Position numbers and translations under genes: made by a program. The notes under the pieces were generated by a model. It ran no database searches. It was not told where the DNA came from and saw only the letters and a program-made list of their open reading frames with translations. A DNA stretch of 64,000 bases, taken from a virus (Duplodnaviria > Caudoviricetes). This document shows positions 17,776 through 26,817 of this stretch, piece by piece (position 1 is the first letter of the stretch; each line of letters begins with the position of its first letter). Where the stretch lies: IMG/VR virus record IMGVR_UViG_3300021256_000095, positions 10,791 to 74,790 of that record, one strand, 5' to 3'.

Positions 17776-17868
17776 TTCCTCTCTTTCGTTTGTTTCTATA
17801 ACTATTATAGCGTATCCGGCTTGACTTGTCAAGCACTTTTTTAAATTTTTTTGATTTTTTCAGAGGGT

Positions 17869-17976
17869 CTACTCTGAGTAGACCCAGCCCCCGATTTCAG
17901 AGGCGATGGCTTCCGCCTCAACCTCGTCGGTCGTTCTGTAGAAGAACTGATTGTTCATGTCGATTACGTAGTACAT
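17869..17976 (-). CDS. 35-aa acidic peptide, paralogue of 22440..22568
   Basis: MYYVIDMNNQFFYRTTDEVEAEAIASEIGGWVYSE; AAGGAGG RBS. Confidence 0.65.
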   Translation of the reverse strand: MYYVIDMNNQFFYRTTDEVEAEAIASEIGGWVYSE

Positions 17977-18081
17977 ACTGTGTACCTCCTTCCTTTATCT
18001 TGACTTAATTATAGCACTTTAAACCGGTGTTGTCAACCCTTTTGTGAAAAATTTTTCAAAAAAATTTTTTTAATTTTCCTC

Positions 18082-18188
18082 TTGACAAAACTCATGGCGG
18101 TGTGGTATAATATTTTCGCCCGCCAGGCGGTCGCTGAGGTCAGAGGTCGGTTGCTGAAAAACTGCGGTCTCTGATTTCAGAGACCGCA
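18082..18188 (+). ncRNA. Rightward promoter, short RNA, terminator (unit K)
   Basis: TTGACA 18082, TATAAT 18106; terminator TGCGGTCTCTG/CAGAGACCGCA. Confidence 0.5.
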
Positions 18189-18193
18189 TACTT

Positions 18194-18445
18194 TTATCTG
18201 TAATAGCTACTTAATTCAATTATCTTATGACATTTATCACATCTATAAATGTAGCTCTTTGTACTGGCAGTGCCATTACGAACTAACTGACTATATTCAT
18301 AATGACCGCCACACTCTGTACAGACACCGTTATTATAAATTTTTTCATCGTGCTTCTTTTCAAGATAGCAAACACCTACTAAAATAATTATTAATACCGC
18401 CATTCCGATAATAACCTTTACCATATTAAAAAACATTTCCTTCAT
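18194..18445 (-). CDS. Membrane-anchored Zn-ribbon protein
   Basis: N-terminal TM helix, then CTEC...CDKC. Confidence 0.7.
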   Translation of the reverse strand: MKEMFFNMVKVIIGMAVLIIILVGVCYLEKKHDEKIYNNGVCTECGGHYEYSQLVRNGTASTKSYIYRCDKCHKIIELSSYYR

Positions 18446-18603
18446 AAGAATATACCTCTCTTTCCTTTACTATGATTTAAGTATAGCACACTGGTGGGCG
18501 CTTGTCAAGCAAAATATTGCACAAAATTACAGGAAAATTTTTGTGCAGTTTGCACATAAAAAAGTGCTTGACAAACAGCCTGAGATCTGCTCTAACAAGT
18601 ACA

Positions 18604-18642
18604 GCGGTCTGCTGGCGATTCGCACAGCCGCCAGCAGACCGC
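18604..18642. repeat. Second copy of the hairpin at 16900-16938
   Basis: Identical loop ATTCGCACAGC and inner stem; three compensatory base-pair changes. Confidence 0.85.
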
Positions 18643-18657
18643 CCAAAGACGAGGAAG

Positions 18658-18825
18658 TTATTCTTCCTCATCCATCACTGGCTTAGCTATCATCACCGCA
18701 AAAGCTAACCGCAGAATGTCTATATTGGTTATTGTCTTTGCCATCCTTGAGAACTCTACCGTATATTCATCTTCAAAACCTCTTCTTCTTATCATCTCGT
18801 CAAGCATTTCTTCTCTATTCAGCAT
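18658..18825 (-). CDS. 55-aa hypothetical protein
   Basis: MLNREEMLDEMIRRRGFED...; RBS and promoter. Confidence 0.65.
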   Translation of the reverse strand: MLNREEMLDEMIRRRGFEDEYTVEFSRMAKTITNIDILRLAFAVMIAKPVMDEEE

Positions 18826-18883
18826 TTTTGTTTTCCTCTCTTTCCTTTTTGTAAGTTTATTATATCATAAAGAAGTTTACTTG

Positions 18884-19024
18884 TCAACCCTTTATTTTTA
18901 TTTTTCTAAATCTTTTATTTGCCTGTTTCTTGGTTGCAACTTTTTCTACCCACCAAAGACCGCCAAAAGTACACTGTCCTACAAATTTTGTTCTTGCCAT
19001 TTTTTTATAATCCGCTCTTCCCAT
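18884..19024 (-). CDS. Basic peptide
   Basis: MGRADYKKMARTKF...; RBS and promoter. Confidence 0.55.
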   Translation of the reverse strand: MGRADYKKMARTKFVGQCTFGGLWWVEKVATKKQANKRFRKIKIKG

Positions 19025-19081
19025 ATCTTTACCTCTCTTGTTTTTCTTTATTATATCATAAGGGGTTGAGGTTGTCAACCC

Positions 19082-19267
19082 CTATTTTCTTTTAATTTCA
19101 AATTTTTCAGTAGGAAAATCAAAACTTAATGTTATACAATTTGCATTTGTTTCAGAAATTATAGGCTCTGAATTTACCCAGATATTATAGTTAAGCTCTT
19201 TATTTATAATTATATCTGCATCCATTGGATAATCTAAAAGTTTTGTAATTAAATCTTTTACTGTCAT
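19082..19267 (-). CDS. Hypothetical protein (MTVKDLITKL..P.DA type)
   Basis: RBS and own promoter. Confidence 0.65.
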   Translation of the reverse strand: MTVKDLITKLLDYPMDADIIINKELNYNIWVNSEPIISETNANCITLSFDFPTEKFEIKRK

Positions 19268-19357
19268 TTTTTTATCCTCTCTTTAATCTTTTGTAAGTTT
19301 ATTGTATCATATATTTTTTTATTTGTCAACAACTATTTTTATTTTTCATATATGACC

Positions 19358-19666
19358 TTAGCAATATGCTAAGGTCATATTTGCCCACTTCAGAATTGAA
19401 ATCTGATTGCAAGCCCGCCCGATTGTAAGGGCTTCACGCTTGGTATTTACTCGCTTACTCTTATCTATATACCAAACACCATTTGAGAACCATATGCCAC
19501 AGTTGCCGTCATATGCTTTGATTGCCTTCATAGCAACAACCATATCTTCGGTCTCTATGCCTTCGGTGGCAACCTGCCACCCTGACTTGTAGGTTATAAC
19601 CTTACCATTCTTAAGGGTAAGCCCGCCGTTGTCCTTTATCTTTTTGAGTGTTCTTATGTTTATCAT
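19358..19666 (-). CDS. Hypothetical protein
   Basis: 102 aa, RBS and own promoter. Confidence 0.7.
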   Translation of the reverse strand: MINIRTLKKIKDNGGLTLKNGKVITYKSGWQVATEGIETEDMVVAMKAIKAYDGNCGIWFSNGVWYIDKSKRVNTKREALTIGRACNQISILKWANMTLAYC

Positions 19667-19881
19667 TTTGTTTTCCTCTCTTTCCTTTACTGTAATTAAA
19701 GTATATCATACTCAACCGGATTTGTCAACAAAAAAATTGCACAAAAATAGGATTTTTTATTGTATAAAATTTTTGAAAAAAGTGCTTGACAAAATGCGTA
19801 TAGCTGTGATATAATATTTTTGGCGTGGCGGCAGCCGCTGCCGAGTATTAAAAAAAGAAAAGGCGTTTCCGCCTTTTCTTT

Positions 19882-20010
19882 TTATGGTGTAGGAATGAAC
19901 TTTACAACCTTTCCGTGCTGACGCTCTTCCCATTTTTTCTCTGAAGCGCTCAGACCACGATACCAACACTGATAACCATCTTCAAAAATATACCAACCTG
20001 TAGACTTCAT
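19882..20010 (-). CDS. 42-aa peptide
   Basis: MKSTGWYIFEDGYQCWYRGLSASEKKWEERQHGKVVKFIPTP; RBS. Confidence 0.6.
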   Translation of the reverse strand: MKSTGWYIFEDGYQCWYRGLSASEKKWEERQHGKVVKFIPTP

Positions 20011-20122
20011 AATTTTTTACCCTTTACCTTTCGGTTTCCTTTCCTTTTGTTATATTTATAATATCATACTTTTTTTAGTTTGTCAACAACTATTTTTTAT
20101 TTTTTTATGGGAGTGAGAAGCT

Positions 20123-20284
20123 CTAATCAAAGAGTTTCTCACTTGTCTGATAAAGCTTATCAGTGAAAATGTGGTCATATACATAACGTGGATACCAAAC
20201 ACTGATAACGTCCTTCTTGCGTCCTCTTGCAAGTTCCTTTCCGTCCTTATCTCTTAAAACCCAAACTCTCCAATTCTTATTCAT
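20123..20284 (-). CDS. 53-aa peptide
   Basis: MNKNWRVWVLRDKDGKELARG...; RBS and promoter. Confidence 0.6.
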   Translation of the reverse strand: MNKNWRVWVLRDKDGKELARGRKKDVISVWYPRYVYDHIFTDKLYQTSEKLFD

Positions 20285-20661
20285 ACCTTTGTACCTTTCA
20301 ACCTTTCCGGTCGTCCTTTCCTTTATTGTGATTTTATTATATCATGGGCTTGACCATCTGTCAAGCCCTTTTTATTAAATTTTTAAGATTTTTTGTAAGC
20401 TCTCTGTCTTTCAAATGAGCAACCGGCGCTTGGCTCGTCCGCCCACCCTATTCGATTGTGTTGCTTATCTCTTATCTTGATTAAATTATATCAAACAAGA
20501 CCGGTTTTGTCAATACTTTTTTATAAAAAATTTTGCACAAATTAAGGATAAAAATTTATATAAAATTTGTGCAAATTTCCACTTGACAAAACCCGTTGCC
20601 ATGTGATATAATTTTTGGCGCTGAAACGTATGTAACGAAAAAAGAGCCTTTCGGCTCTTTT

Positions 20662-20871
20662 TTACACTGCTGTGAGTAAACCTGAATAAACTCTTAACCA
20701 CATATCCTGCATATCTGTATCATGTCCTATTGCTTCCCAAACTTTTGTGTCAAGTTCTTCAATTTCAAATTCCATTTCATCTTCGTCTACCTCTGAAAGA
20801 GACTCTGCAAAAAATGCTAATGCTTCGATATAATCCTTTTTTAAGTTCTTCTTGATTTCTTTCTTTGTCAT
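20662..20871 (-). CDS. Acidic hypothetical protein
   Basis: MTKKEIKKNLKKDYIEAL...; RBS. Confidence 0.6.
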   Translation of the reverse strand: MTKKEIKKNLKKDYIEALAFFAESLSEVDEDEMEFEIEELDTKVWEAIGHDTDMQDMWLRVYSGLLTAV

Positions 20872-21112
20872 ATTTTTGTACCTTTTCCGTTTCCGGTTTT
20901 CCTTTCCTTTACTGTAATTAAAGTATATCATCTTTAATACATTTTGTCAATAGTTTTTTTAAAATTTTTTTATTTATTTTTCTTGTCATTTTGCACAAAT
21001 TTTGTGATCAAAATTTGTGCAATTTTTTATTATTTTTTACTTGACAAATTACACTGCCATGTGATATAATTTTTTGGCGGTCAGGCGGTCGGTAACAAAA
21101 GAAAAGGCTGAT

Positions 21113-21256
21113 TTACTCAGCCTTTACTTTGTAGGTAAAAAGTGTTATTTCTTTGTAGTTACCTTTTATTTTGTTGTACTCAGTGACTGCCTCGGCTCTA
21201 TCTGTAAAAGTTGCGATTTCTTCACCCTCTGCCCAAATTTCGTAAATATTCATCAT
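21113..21256 (-). CDS. 47-aa peptide
   Basis: MMNIYEIWAEGEEIATF...; AAAGGAGG RBS. Confidence 0.6.
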   Translation of the reverse strand: MMNIYEIWAEGEEIATFTDRAEAVTEYNKIKGNYKEITLFTYKVKAE

Positions 21257-21324
21257 GTTTTTGTCCTCCTTTTGTTTTTCTGATTTAATTATATCATTGT
21301 TTTTCTTACTTGTCAACTACTTTT

Positions 21325-21432
21325 TTATTTTTTTATTATTATTTTGAAGCCCGCATTTTCAAGTCTTTTTATATCAATCTCGCTTGCTTTTGTTTTATCA
21401 ATTACATAACCATCTATCATTATTATTGCCAT
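21325..21432 (-). CDS. 35-aa peptide
   Basis: MAIIMIDGYVIDKTKASEIDIKRLENAGFKIIIKK; RBS and promoter. Confidence 0.55.
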   Translation of the reverse strand: MAIIMIDGYVIDKTKASEIDIKRLENAGFKIIIKK

Positions 21433-21518
21433 TTTTTTTGTCCTCTTTTCCTTTTTCCTTTATTATACTATTTTCATTTTGTTTTGTCAACTATTTTTTA
21501 ACTTTTTATCTTGAAGCT

Positions 21519-21677
21519 TTAAGCTTCAAGATAAAAGTTTTCTTCTTTATTCATTATTATTACAAAGTCAAGATTGAAAAGCTTCTTTTCTTTTGCGTAA
21601 AAATTAAATGTGTTCATTGCTTCTTTGTAGTTTCTTGTTTCAATGACTTCCTTATCTGCTAATAAAACTTCGTACAT
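21519..21677 (-). CDS. 52-aa peptide
   Basis: MYEVLLADKEVIETRNYKEA...; RBS and promoter. Confidence 0.55.
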   Translation of the reverse strand: MYEVLLADKEVIETRNYKEAMNTFNFYAKEKKLFNLDFVIIMNKEENFYLEA

Positions 21678-21941
21678 AATTTTCACCTTTTCAGCTTTCG
21701 CTGTCCTTTCCTTTATCTTGATTTAAGTATATCACCAACAACCGGTTTTGTCAATACTTTTTTTAAAAATTTTTTATTTATTTTTGCACAAATTAAGTGA
21801 TAAAAATTTGTACAAATTTTTTGCAAATTCTACTTGACAAAATGTGCTTTCATGTGTTATAATATTTTTGGCTTTTTTACGTTGTTTTCGATTAAATTAA
21901 AAAACTTGAAGCCTTTTGCTTCAAGTTTTTTATTTATTTTA

Positions 21942-22145
21942 TTATCTTTTATTTATCCATTCTGTGATAATCACTTTATTTCTTTTGTTTCTATCATCAG
22001 CTTCTTTTGTTTCCCATGTCCATGTATCTATCATTTTAAGCATGAAATCAACTTTTTCAATTTCTTCAAGTGCTTTATTAAGTTTTTCAATTGTATCATT
22101 GTTTGTATACTCTTTTCCTCTAATCGTGATTGTACTTTCGTTCAT
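21942..22145 (-). CDS. Hypothetical protein
   Basis: 67 aa, RBS, own promoter. Confidence 0.6.
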   Translation of the reverse strand: MNESTITIRGKEYTNNDTIEKLNKALEEIEKVDFMLKMIDTWTWETKEADDRNKRNKVIITEWINKR

Positions 22146-22439
22146 AGTTTTTACCTTTCCTTTCCTTTTGTTTGTTTTCCTTTTTCTTGAGTTAAGTATA
22201 ACAAATTAAACCAGTTTTGTCAATACTTTTTTAAAATATTTTTTATTGTTATTTTTCACAAAAATAGGAAAAAAATTTGTTTATTTTTTTGCAAAAAAAC
22301 ACTTGACAAACTATGCTGTGCTGTGGTATAATTAAATTTGGAGTTTTTTCGAGTGGTGCGGCTGGTCGCTCTTCGTGGCGTTTCAAGGCGCGGTTCGCGC
22401 ACATCAAAAAAAGAAGAGCTTTTCAGCTCTTCTTTTTGT

Positions 22440-22568
22440 CTACCAAACGAAGTCCTCGTCTGTCATGTAGAACCCGCCGATTTCCTCAGCTATGAGTCTT
22501 GCGCCTTCCTCGTCATTCTTTACTGTTGTGAATATTCTGTTGTTTGTGTCGATGATGTAGTATGTCAT
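22440..22568 (-). CDS. 42-aa acidic peptide, paralogue of 17869..17976
   Basis: MTYYIIDTNNRIFTTVKNDEEGARLIAEEIGGFYMTDEDFVW. Confidence 0.65.
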   Translation of the reverse strand: MTYYIIDTNNRIFTTVKNDEEGARLIAEEIGGFYMTDEDFVW

Positions 22569-22802
22569 ATTTTTTTACCTTAGCCTCTTGGCTTCCTTTC
22601 CTTTACTGTGATTAAAGTATATCACAAATCAATTTATTTGTCAATAAAAATTTTGCACAAAAATAGAAAAATTTTTTGTGTAAAATTTTTTAAAATTTTT
22701 ACTTGACAAAATATCTTCTTTATGATACAATTAATCTAAATTTGAATAGAGATCATTTTTGATTAATTATAATTAAATGGTAGCGGCTACAAGTTCAGCT
22801 TA

Positions 22803-23012
22803 CCTAACAAAAGTTAGGCACAGTAAACTCAAGTTAGTTAAAACTAATTTGGGTTAGACCCGGCTAACCATATGGGCTGTGAAAAATCGAACAGGTGTTC
22901 AAAAAAATGCGCACCCCAATTCTCACAGAAAATAATTTTTTAAATCGAATAACGAGTAAATAATATCCAACGTCTATTCTCAGAGAAAATATTTTTTTTA
23001 ATCGAATAACGA
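22803..23012. repeat. Array right boundary: three CTAA/TTAG hairpins, a LexA-like box and two 36-bp direct repeats
   Basis: Hairpins 22803-22818, 22831-22850, 22852-22869; GAACAGGTGTTC 22889-22900; repeats 22920-22955 and 22977-23012. Confidence 0.7.
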
Positions 23013-23056
23013 ATCCTCTAAAAAATTACACACCTACCCTCTATTCCAATTACGAA

Positions 23057-23542
23057 TTAAACGTATTTCTTACTTAGTTCTTTGTCCTTCTTTTTTTCAT
23101 AATTAATCTTCTCCATATCTGGATCTTCAATACTCCCTTCCAATCCCTCATCTTCAATAACTAAAATATCAAATTGAGTTTCTCCAAAAACATAAAATAA
23201 TAATTCATAAATTTCATTCCATTCAAACTCTTCAAAATCTTTCTCTGCAAAAAGTAATTTACAAGGTCGAAATGTATTTCTTATATTTATTAATCCTTCA
23301 AGTAATCTATTTTTAGTAACAGTTTTCTGATAACCACACACAATCAAAAGAATTAAATTTCTCAAAAGAAAATGCGCAAACCCATGTCCGTTCCATCCAT
23401 CGAGCGCTTGCGGATTCACCTTATATTTTTCTTTTATGCGCGGACCGACCCCTCTTTCCATGCTACACTTATTATCACTTAAATAAACTAAAATCCTATC
23501 ATCATAATCAAATATATTTCCTTCTCTTTTATTATAAACCAT
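23057..23542 (-). CDS. Divergent macrodomain-like protein (TARG1/DarG type)
   Basis: MVYNKREGNIFD start, SMERGVG loop, EWNEIYELLFYVFGETQFDILV end follow the macrodomain pattern; usual catalytic-region residues not evident. Confidence 0.5.
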   Translation of the reverse strand: MVYNKREGNIFDYDDRILVYLSDNKCSMERGVGPRIKEKYKVNPQALDGWNGHGFAHFLLRNLILLIVCGYQKTVTKNRLLEGLINIRNTFRPCKLLFAEKDFEEFEWNEIYELLFYVFGETQFDILVIEDEGLEGSIEDPDMEKINYEKKKDKELSKKYV

Positions 23543-23717
23543 GCGCGAACGCGGCCTCATGACGCCTCAAAGCTCGCCTGCCGCATCTCCTTTCTAAATA
23601 TTTTCTAATATAATTATATATTATTTTTTCTTTTTTGTCAAATTTGCCCAAAAAGACCTTGACAAAAGAAAAATTTTTTAGTATAATGAATATATAAAAT
23701 AAGAAAGGAGATTTCCA

Positions 23718-24845
23718 ATGCAAAGTACAAAAGAAAAGCAAGAAGATTCTGAAAGAATTAAACTTGATTATACAATTACAGACCCTTCAGAAAGAATTGC
23801 ATTAGTTAATCAAATTATTGAGAATACTCCTTCAGAAAAAATGACTAATAAATATTTAGATGTTTTAGCTGATTATATCATTTTTACTATGAATAAAAAA
23901 GAAAATGATAAAAAGATTATTACTAAAAATAGAAAAAATGCTACCATAGACAAACGGGAAACAAGCTTAGAAGGTTTAGCTATGATTTTTAGTAATGATG
24001 AAGGAAATAGTAATTCTTTAAGAGAAGATAGTCTTTATAATTTAATTATAGATAATGATAAAAATATTATTCTCACACCAAAAATTTCTATTACAGAAGA
24101 AGATATTGAAGAAGTTCCAGGGTTGCGCGAACTGGTAGATGAAATTCATAGATTAGAAAGCTGTCTTCAAACAGCAACAGGGCGCGCCCGCTATTCAATT
24201 AAAAAGAATATAATAGAATTAAGAAAAGATCAATATGTTCTTAAAATGTCTTATAAAAAACCTATCGCGTGTATTAACGCAACTAAATCCGCATCAAAAC
24301 TAAATCTTTATGAAAATATATCTATAAATGAAGATGATCTTACTATTGATGCAAATGTTTCGTTACTCATTCCCGCGCACGTTTCCGCAATTTTATGTAA
24401 TTATTCAAAAATAAAACAAGAATGTTATGGAAAGTTTGAATCAGATATGTATTATCTTATTCTTTCTCTTGAAGAATTAATATTGCGCGCGCTTGAAGAT
24501 TATCCTCTTTATTATGACTTATTAGTTTATAAAATTGATGGATTACAAAATACTGATATTCAAAGAGAATTAGAGATGACTTTTGGAATTAGATATTCTG
24601 TTGAATATATATCATCTTTATGGAGAAATAAAATACCTAAATTAATAGCTGAACAAGCTCAAAAAGAATGGCTTGAATGGCATTATACAGAAAAAGAAAA
24701 AGGACATTGGAAAAAATGTAGTAGATGTGGACAAATTAAATTAGGACATACAAAGTTTTTTTCAAAAAATAAGACTTCAAAAGACGGATGGTATAGTATC
24801 TGTAAAGATTGTCGAAATAAAAAAGTAGGGGCGGTGAAAGATTAA
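23718..24845 (+). CDS. HTH-like plus C-terminal Zn-finger protein
   Basis: GLQNTDIQRELE...YSVEYISSLW HTH-like segment; CSRC...CKDC; preceded by TTGACA 23659/TATAAT. Confidence 0.55.
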   Translation: MQSTKEKQEDSERIKLDYTITDPSERIALVNQIIENTPSEKMTNKYLDVLADYIIFTMNKKENDKKIITKNRKNATIDKRETSLEGLAMIFSNDEGNSNSLREDSLYNLIIDNDKNIILTPKISITEEDIEEVPGLRELVDEIHRLESCLQTATGRARYSIKKNIIELRKDQYVLKMSYKKPIACINATKSASKLNLYENISINEDDLTIDANVSLLIPAHVSAILCNYSKIKQECYGKFESDMYYLILSLEELILRALEDYPLYYDLLVYKIDGLQNTDIQRELEMTFGIRYSVEYISSLWRNKIPKLIAEQAQKEWLEWHYTEKEKGHWKKCSRCGQIKLGHTKFFSKNKTSKDGWYSICKDCRNKKVGAVKD

Positions 24846-26134
24846 TGGCAACATTAAAAGATGGCGCGACTCCAAAACAAAAATACACTTGTTCAAGATG
24901 TAAAAAAACTATGTCTGAAATTAAATTTTATAAGCATAGAGATGGAACGCATGATGAAATGTGTAAAGATTGCCTTTGCGCGCACATAAATAATTTTGAA
25001 CCAGATACTTTTACTTGGATTCTTCAAAGAATGGATGTTCCTTATATTCCTCCTGAATGGAATATATTAAGAGATAAAAAATTTCAAGAAGATCCTAAAG
25101 GCGGGACTGGGGGATCCGCGGTTATGGGCAAGTATTTGGCGAAAATGAAGCTCAAACAGTGGTATGATAAAGAAACGGGAAAACCTTATACTTGGGCGGA
25201 TTCTGAAAGAATTATGAAAGAAAAGTATTCAGATGTTGAAGCAGAAATGACAGAAGAAGATAAAGCTGAAGAAGAAGCCCGTAACGAAGAACTAAAAAAA
25301 GCTTTTGCAGAAGGCGTTATTTCAGAAGCAGAATATAAAACTTTAGCTTCAACAGAAAGTCAAAAAGAAAATCTTCAAAGTCCATCTAATCCTAGTGGAG
25401 TAGATGTTTTTAATCTACCTGGCGGCGGGCAGGTGGTTGGAGATACATTTGACGCAGGATATATGTCTGAAGACGAGCTTCCAGACCCAGCAGCTGAATT
25501 AACTGACGAAGATAAAATTTATTTAGCTATGAAATGGGGCAGATTATATAAACCTAATGAGTGGATTGAACTTGAAAAGAAGTACACTGAAATGATGGAT
25601 TCATTTGATATTCAAGATGCGGACTCCCGCAATACATTAATTCTAATGTGTAAAACTGACTTAAAAATGAATCAGGCTATTGATTGTGGAGACGTAGATG
25701 GCTATCAAAAGCTTGCGCGAGTTAGTGATGGATTAAGAAAATCTGGTAAGTTTACTGCCGCACAGAATAAAGATAAAGATAATGATCAAATTTCATGTGT
25801 AGGACAAATTGTTGCTTTCTGTGAAAGAGAAGAAGGTTTTATCCCAAGATTTGTAACAGACGTTCCTCAAGATATAATTGATGTAATAATTCAAGATAAT
25901 CAAAAATATCTATATAATTTAGTAACAAAAGATTTAGGTTTTGGTCAACAGATAGAAAATTATTTAAAGAAAATACAATTAGAACATGAAGCTCTTGAAG
26001 GAGAAGTTGGAGTAGAAGATGATGAAATCCAAGATGAAGATATTGCAAAATATTATGAAAGAATTGAAGAAGAACGAAAAGAAGATAGTTTAGTAACTCA
26101 AGAGTCAAATGCATATGAAAAGGAAGGTGATTAA
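24845..26134 (+). CDS. Putative terminase small subunit
   Basis: N-terminal CSRC...CKDC finger; directly upstream of and coupled to terL. Confidence 0.5.
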   Translation: MATLKDGATPKQKYTCSRCKKTMSEIKFYKHRDGTHDEMCKDCLCAHINNFEPDTFTWILQRMDVPYIPPEWNILRDKKFQEDPKGGTGGSAVMGKYLAKMKLKQWYDKETGKPYTWADSERIMKEKYSDVEAEMTEEDKAEEEARNEELKKAFAEGVISEAEYKTLASTESQKENLQSPSNPSGVDVFNLPGGGQVVGDTFDAGYMSEDELPDPAAELTDEDKIYLAMKWGRLYKPNEWIELEKKYTEMMDSFDIQDADSRNTLILMCKTDLKMNQAIDCGDVDGYQKLARVSDGLRKSGKFTAAQNKDKDNDQISCVGQIVAFCEREEGFIPRFVTDVPQDIIDVIIQDNQKYLYNLVTKDLGFGQQIENYLKKIQLEHEALEGEVGVEDDEIQDEDIAKYYERIEEERKEDSLVTQESNAYEKEGD

Positions 26135-26817
26135 ATGGGGTTAGCAGATTTAATCGCTTTATCAACAAATAAAGCTAATCAAAAGATAGGTGTTTCTGAA
26201 GAGCGGTTGCGGGCTTGTTTGCCTGAATTAAGAAAAGCAATAAGTTTTTATAGAGAATATCCTGACATGTATATAGATTTTTGTGTCGAATGCAGTGGCG
26301 GAAAAGGTAAAGTTTTACATTTATATACTTATCAAAGAGTTTTTTTAAGACAAGCTATGCGTTATCGACACGTATATGCAGTTTACCCGCGTGCTTATTC
26401 TAAATCATTTTTATCAGTATTAGTTTTAATGCTTAGATGTATCTTTTATCCAGGATGTCATTTGTTTGTTACTACTGGCGGTAAGGAACAAGCTACAGGA
26501 ATTGTTCGAGAGAAAGCTGAGGAATTATGTAAACTTGTTCCAGGATTAGCAAATGAAGTAAATTTTGACAGAGGTAAATCTAAATCTTCAAAAGAAGAAT
26601 TTAGTTATTTATTTAAAAATGGAAGTATTCTTGATGTTATGGCCGCAAGACAAAGTTCGAGAGGTCGAAGAGCTACTGGAGGACTTATAGAAGAATGCGT
26701 ACTTGTGGATGGTACACTTCTTAATGAAGTAATAATCCCAACTATGAACGTAGATAGACTTCTTTCAGATGGCACTAGACGAGAGGAAGAAATCATTAAT
26801 AAGAGTCAAATTTATGT
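26135..26817 (+). CDS. terL: Terminase large subunit, exon 1 (ATPase)
   Basis: YPRAYSKS Walker A-like, LIEEC Walker B-like; splices to give KSQIYV-TTAGWKNTFAYEKL. Confidence 0.9.
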
